A stretch of DNA of 63,790 nucleotides, filler included, from Hyphochytrium catenoides (GCA_900088475.1; 5 parts of 5 records of this genome joined end to end with filler, not necessarily neighbours in it), one strand, 5' to 3'. Shown: positions 1-13,720, numbered from the whole stretch's first letter. The notes: a model not told the origin generated them from the sequence alone. Program-made: numbers and translations.

Positions 1-76
1 CTCTCTCTCTCTCTCTCTCTCTCCCTCCCTCCTCTCTCTCTTTCTCTCTTCCTCTCTTGATTCATACACGAAACAG

Positions 77-746
77 AATTTGTTGAGCTTCCTCCCAATA
101 TGTCCAAGACGCTGTGGTTCTCCAATCTTCTCTGCGGAGTGCTAAGAGGAGCTCTCGAAGCCGTAAGAGACCTCTCAAGAATCCTTCTCTCTCTGTGGTT
201 CTCTCTCTCTCTCTGTTACCATCTCTCTCTTCCTGTCTGGCCGTGTTTCTCTTCCAAGCTCCTGGGTGTTTCGCCCTTTTTTTTTATGGCCATTGCTTTC
301 TGTGCGCGTCCCTGTCCTCTCTCTCTCTCTCTCTCTCTCCCTGTCTCCCTCTTCTTCAACTCTCTCTGAACTCACCTTCGCCTTGAACGTTTCTAGGTCC
401 AAATGCGAGTGGAATGCACCTTCGTGAGGGATGTGCTCCGCGGCGATGACATTAACGAGATCAGGTAGGCCTCTCACTCTCTCTCTCTCTCGCCTCTGTC
501 TCTCTCTTTCCTGTCTGATTCTCTCTCTACGTCAACTCTCTCTCTCTCCTCTCTCTATTCTATTTTGCTAGAATGGGTCTGACCAGTGTTTTTCTGGTAT
601 GGGTTCTTTCCTGCATAGCACTAGCCTAATCCGTCATCTCTCTCTTCCTCTAATCTCTCTCTTTCTCTCTTGCCGCTTCCTGCTGCAGATTGGTTATGAA
701 AGGAATGATAGAAGAGACAGCGGGAGAAGAGTACCATGAAGACTAA
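77..746 (+). CDS. BET3: TRAPP complex subunit BET3/TRAPPC3, 3' part (exons 77-162, 397-464, 689-746; 5' exons lie outside the window)
   Basis: Spliced translation EFVELPPNMSKTLWFSNLLCGVLRGALEA|VQMRVECTFVRDVLRGDDINEIR|LVMKGMIEETAGEEYHED* matches the conserved BET3 C-terminus (FVELP...SNLLCGVLRGALEMVQM). Introns are GT-AG with compatible phases. Confidence 0.93.
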
Positions 747-836
747 CCCAGAACACATGGAAGAGAGAGAGAGAGAGAAAAAAGGGAAGAGAAAGAGCAG
801 GAAAACAACTCAGAAAAATGAGTGACAAGAGTTACT

Positions 837-1369
837 TTAGCTCTCGACGGGAGAAACCACAACTCTCCTCCTCTGCTCATCACCTCCTCCCTCCTCCTCC
901 TCCATCTCCTCTTCTATCTTTTCTCTAAGCCACTCTATGATCTCTTGCATATTCGTCACCTCTTCTTCTCCTCGTTGTTCTCTCTCTCTCTCTCCATGTC
1001 GAAAGCAGCGGAGAGAGTGCATTCCTACTCCCTTTGGCCCCATATAATCATTGGTATAACTGTCTCCGATGTGCAACACTTCTTCTCCTCTCACCGCCGC
1101 CTCTCTCAATAACAGGCGATAAACCTCAGGAGAAGGTTTCTCTTCTTTTCTCTCTCGTGACAAGATCATATAGTCAATGTATGGGAGAACGCCCAATCTG
1201 TCTAACACGGTGCGGTATCTTTCATCCGTGTTGGAAATGACGGCGATTCGGTAGTTTTCTCTCTTGAGGAGAGAGAGAGAGGGAAGGACATCAGGATACA
1301 CAGCGTAAGGCTCTGTCGTCTCGAAGACGTGATAGATTTCTTGAAAGACCTGGGGAGGGTAAGAGGGAC

Positions 1370-1405
<36 letters not shown>

Positions 1406-2004
1406 TGCAGATTAGCTCCTTGCTAGTGTCCCGTGAGTAGCTGCCTTTGAATGGGAAGAGTAAGGCAATAAATAGAGGAAAGGAAGAGAGACCGGAGAAC
1501 CTTTCCCTAAAAAAAAGAGAGAGAGAGATGAAGAGACACCGATAGAGAGACGAAGACATTTTTAGAGGCGCCAGAGCGCGACAAACGTTCTTTTAATAGC
1601 AGTCCACTCGAGGACAAGGACGAGAGAGAGGTATCTATTCGTTGCAAAACGACGAGGAGAGAGAAAAGAGAGCCGCAGAAGGAAGAGGAGAGAACGAGGA
1701 GAGTGCGTACCGGCTCTATTTCTCTCTCTGAGAGAGAGAGCATGCCCTGAAGCGTCATCGCCTCGTGGAATGTTCCTTGGACCACCTTCCGCCACCAGCT
1801 TTGAGTGTCAAGGGCGCCGCGGGCACCAAAGTTTGGAAACTCCGCCTTGGTCTGAGAGAGGAAGAGAAAGAGCGAGCGAGAGAGAGAGAAAAATGAAACG
1901 GTTTAGAGAAGAGAATAAACAGAGCAAAGGAGGTGCTGCGAAAGGGAAAAGAAGGTTCTGACGGGAAGGGAAAAAACCAAACGGAGGGAACGAATAGGGA
2001 GAGT

Positions 2005-2045
<41 letters not shown>

Positions 2046-2651
2046 TAATTACCGCTGCGTAAGCCTTTTTGAAGCCTAGTTCCATGTTCCTGGGCTGCAG
2101 ATCTGAGATCTTTGTGTGGCGCTCGAGAGCGCGCCCGAAGTAGAAGCCAAGAGAGCCCACATACTGAATCAAAGTGCCTGAAAATGAAAGACAGAGAGAG
2201 AGAGAGACAGCAGAGAGAGAAGAAGGGAGAGAGAGACACGGTTAGAAGACAAATTAGGCACTTGGGTGTTCTCTGCTGCTTATAGATGCATAGTCTACAA
2301 GCCGTGGCAGTCATTCTTTCTGTCACATATGCAGGTTCTCTCTCTCCCAGTCTTTCTCTCTCTCTCTCTCTCCCAATCTTTCTCTCTCTCTTCCAGTCTT
2401 TCCCTCTCTCTCCCAGTCTTTCTCTCTCTCTCTCTCTCTCTTCTNNNNNNNNNNNNNNNNNNNNNNNNNNNNNNNNNNTCTCTCTCTCTCTCTCTCTCTC
2501 TCTTCCTGGGTTCCCTCTTCCTTGGCTCCCTCTTCCTTGGCTCCCTCTTTCCTGGAGCATCACTACCTGTGACATCAAAAGAGACGACCTTGATGTTCCG
2601 GCTGGGATGTAGCCGAATGCCCGGCAGCGCTCTTGCGGCCGCTGCAGCCAT
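837..2651 (-). CDS. HDHD3: HAD-superfamily hydrolase, HDHD3/REG-2-like (exons 2651-2567, 2177-2053, 1851-1711, 1349-837)
   Basis: Motif I VVSFDVTGTL is split by intron 1. Also FPNFG...WWRKVV, motif II VISNTDER, motif III EKPSPEVY and motif IV LHIGDSYTNDYMG. All four exons join in phase through GT-AG introns. Confidence 0.88.
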
Positions 2652-3399
2652 TCTTTCTCTTTCTCTCTCTCTTGTCTATCTGTTTCACTTGTCTCCTTTT
2701 CTTTCTCTCTCTTTCTGTCCTCCTCCTTCTTGTCTGTCTAGTAGCCAGAGCCAGCCACGGGAGAGAAAGCGGGAGGGGAGACTTAGAATGCTCTTCTTTT
2801 CCTCCGTTGTTTTGTCTTCCTTTCTTTCCTGGTCTCTTCTTTTTCCACTTTTTTGTGTCAGGCTGGATCCACCAGGTCGTCTCTCTCTCTCTCTCTCTCT
2901 CTTTTCTTTTCGTTTTTTCCTGCTTGCGCAATAGCCTTACTTTTGCTTAGTGAGAGGAGGTCAAGTGCGCTCCTTCTTCCTGACAATTGAGGGCAAGCAG
3001 GAGAGAAGAAGGGGAAGACGCAGAGAGAGAAAGAGAGAGAGAAACAAGAGAGAGAGAGAGAGAGAAAGACCGGGAGGGAGGGTAAGCAACCAGAGTAGTA
3101 AAAGGGAGAGGCATCAAAGCCTCTCTCCTCTCGTTCTCTACTCATCAAGAACTCAACATCACAAAGATGTTATAGCTTGATGGCCATCCAGAACAGTTTT
3201 ATACCTTTTCGCTCCCTCCCTCTCCTTTCCTCCCTCTCTTTCTCTCTTTCTCTCTCTTCCCTCTCTCTCCTTTTTCCCTCTCTCTCTCTCACCCTTTCTT
3301 TCCTCTCTTTCCTCTCTCTCTTCCATTTCCTCGCTCGCTTTCTCCTTTCCCTCAAGCTCTCACTGTGTTTTTTTCCCTCCCTACCTCTCTTCTTCCCTT

Positions 3400-3502
<103 letters not shown>

Positions 3503-4002
3503 GTCTTTTGCCCCTGGTCGTGATGCAGCTCTGACGCCGTTTGGAGCGCCAATTGTGACACAGGCTGGATTCCTCCATTTGATTTATTCAAAGAAAATAA
3601 ATATTCATATCTTTATAAATCCCTCAATAATACCAGAATTGTTTTTTTAGGGTGACTAAACAAATACAGTTGTTGTATACCGGGCCACTTCACCAGGAGG
3701 TTTTTCTCCCTTTTTCAGTAACACAAAAGGATAAGGCTTATTCTTTTCCTCACAAAAAGTGTTTTTATAATATTTTCCTGTAAGGCCTTTCTAAAGTTAC
3801 TCTGTCCTGTTCAATCATTCAAAAGCATTTTATTTTTATGAATGTTTTTGATATTCGGAAGGACAGAGAATACTTTTTTTGTAAAAAAAAGAATCCTCTT
3901 AAATCAACCGTTAGCAGCTACCGAGGGCAGAAGTTGGGCGTTTCAACGGGAGCTGGAACGGATGCACTAAGTAAGAAGGGGGTTCTCTTTCTCTCTCTCT
4001 CT

Positions 4003-4085
4003 CTCTCTAACTCCCTTAACTCTCTCTCTCTCTTAACTCTCTCTCTCTCTTAACTCTCTCTCTCTCTTAACTCTCTCTCTCTCTT
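4003..4085. repeat. Minisatellite, ~17-bp unit TTAACTCTCTCTCTCTC, about 4-5 copies
   Basis: TAAC spacers recur at regular intervals within a CT tract. Confidence 0.8.
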
Positions 4086-4754
4086 CTCTCTCTTTCTTCT
4101 GTGTCTAACTCTTTGCGTCTGTTGGTTGATGGTACCTCCTCTTTTTCTTGCTTCCTCTTGTAGTTCTACTTGCTCTTCCTACGCGCTTTCTCTCTCTCTT
4201 CTCTCTTCGTTCCCTCTCTCTGTCTCTCTCTCTCTCTTTCGTTACCCTCCTCTGTTGGTGCTAACAAGCCTGATGGAGAGAAACTGCGGTGCGTGTCACT
4301 GATGATCCAAGCGCTTCTCTTCTTTTGAAGCAGCTAGTTCTATCTGCATTTTCTGGATGCGTGTCAGACTCTCTCTTTTTTCTCTCTTCTCTCTCCCTCT
4401 CTCTTTCTCTCTGTCTCTCTCCATTCTTTGGCCTTCTTCTTCTCTGCTGTCGCTAGCTCGGTAGCTTCTCCTGCTGCCGTCACTCATCACCATTTTCTTC
4501 AACAGCAAGGAAGGTGTTTGTCTCTCTTTCTCTGTGTCTCTCTCCCTCCTTCTAGTTCTCCTCCTGCAGCTCAACCCTAGGAAACTAATCTTCCGGTGAG
4601 CAGAAGCAGGGGAGAGAAAAGAGAGAGAGAGAGAGAATAGAGGATCGTAAGTCAAAGAGGTATGGAAAGTCCCAGGAAAAGGGATGTCTCTCCTCCTTCT
4701 TAACTCAGCATTTTAGATTTAAGAAGAGAGACAAGAAGAGAAAGACCAAGAACG

Positions 4755-6253
4755 ATGGTGAGTCTTCCTCTGAGAAGTGTCAAAGCGAGCAGGGGACGGA
4801 CATTGAGGGAATCAAAGAGAGAGAGAGAAAAAGAGAGAAAAAGAGAGAGAGAAGAGAGTAGAGAAGAGCGAGAAGAGGAACAGAGAGAGAGTCAGAGAAG
4901 AGAGAGAGAGAGCAACCAGAAGAAAAAAAAATACCGCTGCATTCCTTTCTTGCTATTGAATTGGCTCTCTCTCCCTCGCTCTCTCTCTCTCTTCTCTCTC
5001 TTTCTTTCTTTCTTCCTTTCTTCCTCCTCCCTCTCGGTGTCTTGTTTTCCTCTCTCTCTGTCCCAACTTCCTCCGCTTTTTGCTATCTCTTTCCTAACTT
5101 TATTACACCGCCTTTCTCTCTCTCTCATTTCTCCCTCTCTCTCTCTCCTATTTTTCTCTCTCTCTCTTTTTTTCTCTCTCTCTCTCCCCTGTTTCTCCCT
5201 CCTTTCCCCTAGGGAAAATCGAATCTCGCGGAAGAGGTGGACCAGCTGTTCGCTACTGGAGACTTCTCCTCCCTTGTGCGGCTGATAAAAGAGAGAAAGC
5301 TTCACTCTCTCTCTCTCACTTCTTCCGGGCATTCTCTCCTCTACCTCGCCGCCTCTAAGAACGCTCTGCCAGTCGTTAGCGCTCTATTGAAAGAGAGAGA
5401 GAGAGAAAGAGGAGAGAGAAAAGAGAAGAGACACCATGATGGAAAGAAAGAGAAAGATAGTACCAGTGGACAAGAAGAGAAGAAAGGAGCAGCAGATGGG
5501 AAGAAAGGGAGAGAAGAGAAGAGAAAGAAGAAAACAGAAGAGGACAAGAGAAGAGAGAGAGAGAACGGACAAGGAGAGAGAACGCCTCTCATGGTAGCAG
5601 CGGCGAGGGGACACACAGAGATGGTCCGTCTCCTTCTCTCTTCGGGAGAGAATCCTTTCCTAAGAGACAAAGAGGGAAAGACAGCGTTAGACTGGAGCAG
5701 AGCGGGAAAGAGAGAAGAATGTTGTCTTCTCCTAGAGAAAGAGATGGGTGAGTTTATTCAGAGAGAGAGAGAGAAACAATTGGAGAGAGCAGGGAGAGAA
5801 GCTGAGGGTTCTGTTCTTCATCAGAACCTTTCTCTCTCTCTTCGCATGAGAGAGCTCATGGAGAGAGGAGAGACAGGGAAAGTGCTTGAGCTGGTAGAGA
5901 GCTGCGCTTTGCATAGGAGAGACTATGAACTTCTTCTCTCTTCTCTCGGAATTGAGAAAGGCGACCCTTTCTATCTGAATGTAGAGGACAAGGTAAGACG
6001 CCAAGAGAGAGAGACAACCATGAAGAGAGAGAAAGACAAAGAGAGAGAGAGAGTACAAATTAGGACAGGCAGAGAGAGGGAAAGAGGGGATAAAGGGGAA
6101 GAGGAGCTGAAAAACGGAGAGAGAGAAAGACAGAGAGACAGAGTACGTGGAATCGCCCAGGAGTCTGTCCGTCTCTCACTGGATTTGGTTTCGGGCCTGT
6201 GTGTCTTTCTGCTCTTTGCTTCTCTCTGCCTCTCTCTGTCTCTGTCTCTCTCC

Positions 6254-6284
<31 letters not shown>

Positions 6285-7656
6285 TATAGATGTCTCTCGT
6301 GGAGGGCGTCTTTCCTTCTCTTATCTTCTCTTCTTGTCAACATTTGAGTATATAAAGCGCAACTCACACACTCTTTCTGTCTCTGTCTCCTTCTTTCTCT
6401 CTCTTTTCTCTCACATATATTCGATCTTCTCTCTCTCTATTTCTGTCTCTCTCGTGTTCTCTCTCCTGACTTTCTTCGTTCCAATTAACTCTCGTCCTTC
6501 TCGCCGTTCTTTTCCATCGTTTGGCTTCCCTTTTCTCTCTCTCTGTTTTTCTCTCTCTGTTTCCCTCTCTCTCTCTCTCTCTCTGTTTCTCTCTCTCTCT
6601 CTCTCTGCTTCTCTCTCTCTCTCTCTGTTTCTCTCTCTGTTTCTCTCTCTCTCNNNNNNNNNNNNNNNNNNNNNNNNNNNNNNNNNNNNNNNNNNNNNNN
6701 NNNNNNNNNNNNNNNAGAGCACATTTCGAGAAGAGAAAGACACTCTGCTCTTTCCTGGGCGTGCATCACAGGAGAGAGAGAGCTCGTTTCTCTCCTTATC
6801 CAAGCAGGAGCAGATTCTCTGAAAAGAGTGGGAGGAAGAGAAGAGAAAGAAAGAGAAGAAAGAAGAGAGAGAAAAGAAGGAAGAACGCCTCTCATGCACG
6901 CTGCTTATCACGGGAGAGACGACATTGCCGATCTTCTTCTCCAAAAAGTTATTGAGCACTTCTCTTCTCTCTCTTCCGCTCAGAAAAGAGAAGAGAAAAA
7001 CGAGGTCGGAGAGAGAGAGAAAGACAACCTCTCTCTCTCTCTTCCATGGCAGTCTGCGGCTCTCGCCTATCTTTATCAAGAAGATGAGAAAGGAGAGAAC
7101 GCGCTGGATTGTGCGAGACAGAGTGGCCAAGAGAGAGTGATTGAGCTTCTGGAAAACGCAGAGAGACGGCTGAAGGAGGGAGAGAGAAGAGAGAAAGAAG
7201 AGAAGAGCAAGGGAGAAGAGATTTGGGTGTGCAAGAACAACTGCGGGTAAGAGAATGGGAGGACCGATGACAGAAAGGGAATAGTGTGCAGTGTCTCTCT
7301 CTCTCTCTGTCTCTCTCTCTCTTTCTTGTTCTCTCTCTTTCCCATTTTCTCTCTGTGGCTCTTTCTGCTCATCTCTCTCGTCTGCTTCCCTGGACTTCTC
7401 CCGCCTCTCTCTCCTTTTTGCTGTTATTTTTTTTCCCTTCTCTCTCCCTCTTCTTCTCTCGCTCCGTCTTTCCCACAACAATCTCTCTTCCTCTTTCTTC
7501 TTTCACCTCGTCGTTCTTCAACAACAGCCATCTTCCTCTCTCTCTTCCAATAGCTGTTCTCTTTCTCTGCTGGTCTCTCACTCATGCATCGTTTGTCAAT
7601 ATTACTTTTTCTTCCCCTCTTTGTAAAATATCGATCACCCTAACTCGCTCTCTCTT

Positions 7657-7709
<53 letters not shown>

Positions 7710-8445
7710 CTCTCCCTCTTCTCTCCCTCCTTTCTTATAGTTTTGTGGGCACCCATGTCTCTCTCCTGCACCACGAGGTCAACACTTGTCCTCAGGGGCT
7801 CGGCCAGTGCGAGTTCTGTCTGGTGGAGGTCCCGCGAGGAGAGAGAGAGACGCACAAGAGAGAGACCTGTCGACGCCGTCCTCTTCCCTGCGAGAACCGA
7901 AGCCTGGGGTAGGTCTTCTCTCTCTCTCCTTCTCTCTCTTTCTCTCTCTCTTTCTCTCTTTCTGTCCCTCTCTTTGTCTAATCTCTCTCTCTGTCTCTCT
8001 CTCTCTCTCTTTGTGTCCCTCTCTCTGTCTAATCTCTCTCTCTTTCTCTCTATGGATCTCGTTTTCATTCCATCTCTCGCTCTGTCTCTGGTGTTCTCTC
8101 TCTCTCTCTGAGCTGCCGTGCATTTCTTTGTTCTGAATCTGGATTCTCGCATTCTCTCTCTTTCATTTTCTTTATTATCGCGGGTTCTTTCATAGGATGG
8201 CCAACTTGGCGCCCTTTCTCTCCTCGAGTCTCGCCATTATGACGATGAACTCAACTTACCCTCTCTTCTCTCTCTCTCTTTCTCTCATTCTCACTTCTTG
8301 TCTCTGTCTCTCTTGCCTCTGTCTGCGTCTCTCACTCTCATTGTCTCTCTCTCCCTCGCTGCCTCTTTCTTTCTTATTTATGGCTTTTTCGCTTCTTTTC
8401 GTTCTCTGCAATTTACGCTGCTCTGCTCTGTATTTCTGCTCTGCT

Positions 8446-8482
<37 letters not shown>

Positions 8483-9935
8483 CCTCTCTCTTTTTTCCTT
8501 CCAACAGTTGTACGGAGGTGGCACCGGAAGAGGAGATCCTCCAGCATCAGAAATTCTTCTGTTCTTTCCGTTCCTCTCTCTGTCCCTTCAATTGCGGCGA
8601 AGCTCTCTCTCCTCTCCCGGAAGAGAGACAGAAACACATCTCTCTCCTGTGTCCTCTCAGGAGCGTTGTCTGTCCTTATTGCCAAGCAGTAGTAAAAGGA
8701 GAAGAAGAGAGAAAGGAACATTTCACGCCAAATCTCCCTTTCTCTTCTTCTTCTTCTTCGTCTCTCTCTCTCTCTCTTTCCTGTCCTCGCCTCCCTGTCG
8801 AATGTACCTTAAATGGCGGGAAATGTGGGAAGACGCTTCCTCAAGAAGAGTTGAGAGAACATCAACTCTCTCTCTGTCCCAATAGAGAGAGAGAATGTGC
8901 GTTCTCTTCTCTCGGATGTCAAGTCTCTCTCTCTCCTCAGGAAAAGAGAGAGACACACCAGCTCTACGCTTGCCCTTATCGGCCAGTTCTCTGTCGATAT
9001 AACTGCGGAGTCAAAGGTCTGATCGAGAAAATGAAGAGAGAACATGAAGAGAAACTCTGTTTCTTTAGAAGAGTATCCTGCCCATGTTCTCTCTCTCTCT
9101 CTTCTTCTTCCTCTCTCCCTCTCTCTCCTCTTCCCACTGCCACGACCTCTGCATCTTCCTCTTCCTCAGTTCTTCCTCCTTCTCCTCCCACGACACACGA
9201 AGAAGAAGAGAAGGAAGAGAGAGAACAGGGAGAGACAGAAGAAGAGAGAGAGAAAGAAGAAGAGGGAGGAATGGCATTTCCTCTCTTTTTGCAGCATTCT
9301 CATCCTCTCTCTGGCTCCTGTCCGCTAAGAAGAAGGAGATGCCGCCTCGACTACTGCGGAAAGAGACTGCTGACCGTGGACAAAAAGAGAATGAGAGAGC
9401 TCAGGAGAGAGTGGGAGAGAGCAGGAGAGAGAGAGAGAGAAAGACTGCTTGTGGAAGCAGGGAAAGAACAAGAGGAGGGACCATCTCGAAGAGCAGAGAA
9501 GAAGAGAGAGAGTCTAGGAGTAGAAACAAAAGCCGTAGAAGGAAAAGGACCAGCGAGAGAAGAAGAAGAGGGAAGAAGTGACAGGAAAAAGAGAGAGAGA
9601 GAAGAAGAAGAAGAGAGAGAAATCGAAGTAGAAGCAAACGAACCCATTAATAGGGAAGACCTCAAGATCAGAAAGACTCCATCCCCAGAAGAGGAGAGAG
9701 ACACAACAAGCAGCCAAGCATCAAGTCCAAGGAGAGACTCAGCAATAATGAGAGAGGGAGACGGTAGAGGAAAGAGAGAGAAGAGGGACCGGAAGATCTT
9801 CTCTCTCTCTCTCCTTCGAGCAGAGCCTCTCGTGCTGAACGTGCTGGAAGGCAAGGTGGATCTTCCTGTGGCAATTCAGATCGTGAGGGAGACAGATGAG
9901 AGGATACAGACACTACAGGCACCAGATGCGGTGAG

Positions 9936-9977
<42 letters not shown>

Positions 9978-10116
9978 ATCTATATGATTTGCCTCTTTCT
10001 TTCCTCAGGCTATTCTGAAGCTTTCATCTCTCTTCTGGCCAGTGTCTCGCTACTTTTTTGGAGATCTGTTCTCCCTATGTCTCTCCGCTTCTCTTTCTCT
10101 CTCTCTCCCTCTCTCC

Positions 10117-10149
<33 letters not shown>

Positions 10150-10228
10150 GTCGCTCCCTCGTTTTCTCTCTTCTCTCTCTCTCTTCCTCTCCTCCCTTTA
10201 TCTTTTCTGTCCCTCTCTCTTTTTTTAG

Positions 10229-10261
<33 letters not shown>

Positions 10262-11217
10262 TCGCTCTTCTTTCCTCTCTCTCTCTCTGTCTCTCCCTCA
10301 CTCTCTCCTTTGATCTCTACTCTCAGTCCTTCTTTTGTTGTACTCTCTCTTACTTCGTTTCCTGGCTTCCCTATAAATTATCAATCCTTTCTGGTCCTTC
10401 TATCTACTATCTCTAAGTCTCTCTCTCCTTCGTGCAGGCGTCAAAGCAGTATGTGGAGCAATGGAAGGAGAAAGAGAGAGAGAGATTCAAGTTCCTTCTT
10501 TCCTATTTCTCTTCTCTCCTGGAAAGAGTGGGAGAGACAATCATTCTTTCCTCCTTTGACAGAGACACGGGGAAACACACGGCGCAACGCCTTAAACACA
10601 CAGGAGAGAGAGAGATCTGTACAGGCCTCAGTGGAGAGAAAGAGGAAGGAGAAGAAGGGAGACTCTCTCTTTTCTTTGAAGAAGAGAAAAAAGTGGAAAT
10701 ACAAAGAGAGGCCGCGCAAGATAAGAGAGAGACAAGTATTCCTCTCTCTCTCTCCTCTTCATCAGACAGGTGTCAAACGACAGCAAAAGAGAGAAAGGAG
10801 GAGGAAGAACAAGAAGACGAGAGTGGTGTATCTCTCTTCTGCATCACTCCTCTTTCTTCGTCAACAGGGAGAGAGGATTGGCAATGTCCCTCTTTCTCTT
10901 CCTTTCTCTCTCTCTCTCGCCATGAGACCTCAGAGTGTCCGCTGAGGTCTGTTCCTTGCCCTCTGTCTTGCGGTCTGAAGGTTCCTGTCGCGGGTCTGAA
11001 GGTTCACACAGAGAGACGATGCGAGAATAGATTGGAGCAGTGCAGGTCTTTTCTTTCTCTCTTCTCTCTTCTCCTCTCCCCTCTCCTCTTCTCTCCTCTT
11101 CTCTTCTCTTCTCTCCTTTGTCGACTCGATCCAAGTGCCTCCATCTCACTTGCTTTTCGATTATCTTGGGTGTCTCTCACCTCTGTATATTTTTCTCTGT
11201 TGGTATTTCTCTCTCTC

Positions 11218-11250
<33 letters not shown>

Positions 11251-11794
11251 CTCTCTCTGTCTCTCTCTCTCTGTCTCTCTCTCTCTCTCTGTCCCTCTCT
11301 GTGTCTCTCTCTTCTTCTTCTTCTTTGGTCGGAGTCACTCGTCGTCTTGTATGACGTTTCCTCTCTCTGTCTCTTCTCCTTCCCCTCCTCCTTTTTGTCT
11401 CTCCTCTTTCCTTCCTCTTCCCTTCTTCTCTCTCTTCTTCTCTTCTCTCACTCCGTCTCATCTCCTTATGTCTCTATTTCTTTCTTTCTCTCTNNNNNNN
11501 NNNNNNNNNNNNNNNNNNNNNNNNNNNNNNNNNNNNNNNNNNNNNNNNNNNNNNNNNNNNNNNNTATCCTGCGCTGCTCGCTCACGAGGAAGAAGATTGT
11601 CCCCGCCGCTCCGTCAGCTGCGCACATTGTGCGGACTGGCATACAGCAGAGGACGAGGAGCACCATCGTGCGCATATCTGCCCAAAGACGTTACTTCTAT
11701 GTACCAACAAGTGTGGAGATAAAGTGCGCAGAGACTACATGGAAACGCACATCAAGGATGAATGCAGACTGAGGTGAGACATGCAGAGACAGAA

Positions 11795-11844
<50 letters not shown>

Positions 11845-13684
11845 AAGGGCTCTGCATAAGAATCGACGAAGATTAAAGCCAGGAGAGACTGGGATGGTTA
11901 CGGAGAGAGAGCGCAACAGGGGACCTACCGGTGGGGCGCTATCTCGCTTCTTTTCCTTCGTCATATTTTTGTCACTTCCTTGACTGACCTCTCCTCCCTA
12001 CCATCTCTCGTCGTGCATCCCTCTCTCTCTCTCTCTCTTCTCTGTCTCTTTCTCTCTCTCTCTCTTCCTTCTCCTTTCTCTTCAGACCCGTTCAATGTCC
12101 TCTCGGCTGCTCCTCTCTCGTCTTTGCGGGTCAACTCCAGCAGCACACAGAGGAAGAGTGCGACCTTAGAGTTGTCTCTTGTCCTCTCCTCTGCGGCGTC
12201 TCTCTCCGTTATGAGCAACTCAAGGCACATAAGGAGAGAGAATGTGCCAACGCAAGTACGTTTCTCTTCTCTCTCCTTACTACTTCACATAGACCTTTAC
12301 TCTTCCTTTCCCTTGTGGTCTCGCTTCTCGTCTCTGTCTTTGCAGTAACTCCCTTATAGAAGTAGCGCCTGATCATGAGTTTTTTCTCTCTCTCTCTCTC
12401 TTTCTCAGACGCTCCCTCTCATTCTCTCCCCAGCTGATTACTCTTCGTCCCTCCTCTGTCTTTCTCTTTCTCTCCTTCCCATTGGTCTCTTTCTTTATTC
12501 TCTCCCCCTTTTGCTCTCTCTCTCTCTCTCTGTCCCTGTTTTTTCTCTCTGCTTCTTCTCTCTCTGTTTCTTCTCTCTCTCTCTCCCGTATCTCTTTTTC
12601 TTTCTTTCTTTTTCCTTTTTTTTCCTTTTTGAGTGCGCCACTCTTAGTAAAGTTCATTTCCTGTTGACTCTCTCTCTCACTTTTCTTCTCTCCGTCTCTG
12701 TTTCTATTACCTATTCGTCCTCTTTCTCCTTTCTTAAACGGACTTGTGGTGTATTTCTCTCTCTTTTTGATACCTACAGAGAAAAAGTGTGACTGGTGCG
12801 CGGCGGAGATACTCTTTGGCGAGCTATTCGGTGAGGAGACTAGAGATGAGCGTCTCAACCTCAAGGCCTCTGGAACAGTGAGAGAGAGAGAGAGACTCAT
12901 TGCATGAGAGAGGGAGAGAGGGAGAGAGAGAAAGAGAGAGAGAAGGTTCACATGAGAGAGGCATTACTACAAAGCGCTTCATCGTCCTCGGTTTGGCAGT
13001 GTCATCACTTATCTCTCCTCTTTCTCTTCTTTTTCCTTTTCTCTCTCCCTTTCTTTTTGGTCGTTCTATCTTTCTTCCTTTTTCGTTCTTCTCTCTCTCT
13101 CTCTCTTCTCCTTCATGCCCCTCCTCTCTCTGTTCTTCCTTTTCAGATCACAAGAAATTTGTTTGTCCGGCAAGAATCCAGCGCTGTCCACTGGGCTGTC
13201 AGGAGGAAGTGATGGACAAGGTAGAGAAGGAGAAAGGAAGACGTCATGGTGAAGAGAGAGAGAGAAAGAGAGAGAAAGAGAGAGAGGGAGAGAGAGAGAA
13301 GGTAGAGATCGAAGAGAAGAGAGAAGACAGAGATCACTCATCAGAATAGTGCCGCCTCTCTCTCTCTCTCTCAGATCTTCCGATAAACAAGTGCCATTAA
13401 TCCTCTCTCTTCCCTCGCCTTCTGCCTCGCTCTCTCTTCAGTTTTTCTCCTAATCTTTTCTCCATATTTTTCTTTTTCTCTCTCTCTCTTTCTCTTCCTC
13501 TCTGACTTTTTTCTCTCTCTCTCTCCCTGTCTTCCCAGGACCTGGAACTTCATCTCTCTCGCACTTGTCGCCTGCGTCCCATCAATTGTCCTCGAGGCTG
13601 CGGGTCTTCTGTTCCTTCGGAAGAGCTTCCACGGCATCAGGAGACAGACTGCAGATTCCGGATCGTCAGCTGTGGAAGAGGGTA

Positions 13685-13720
<36 letters not shown>

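Noticed and set aside
1400-1750. Apparent GC-AG donor and extra mini-exon (GSYSRDTSKELI) in the HAD gene
   Set aside because: A canonical GT donor at 1710 joins in phase to the acceptor at 1350, so no non-canonical splicing is needed.
4296-4655. Minus-strand ORF ending LTRIQKMQIELAASKEEKRLDHQ
   Set aside because: Mostly low-complexity, with no recognisable motif or supported exon structure.
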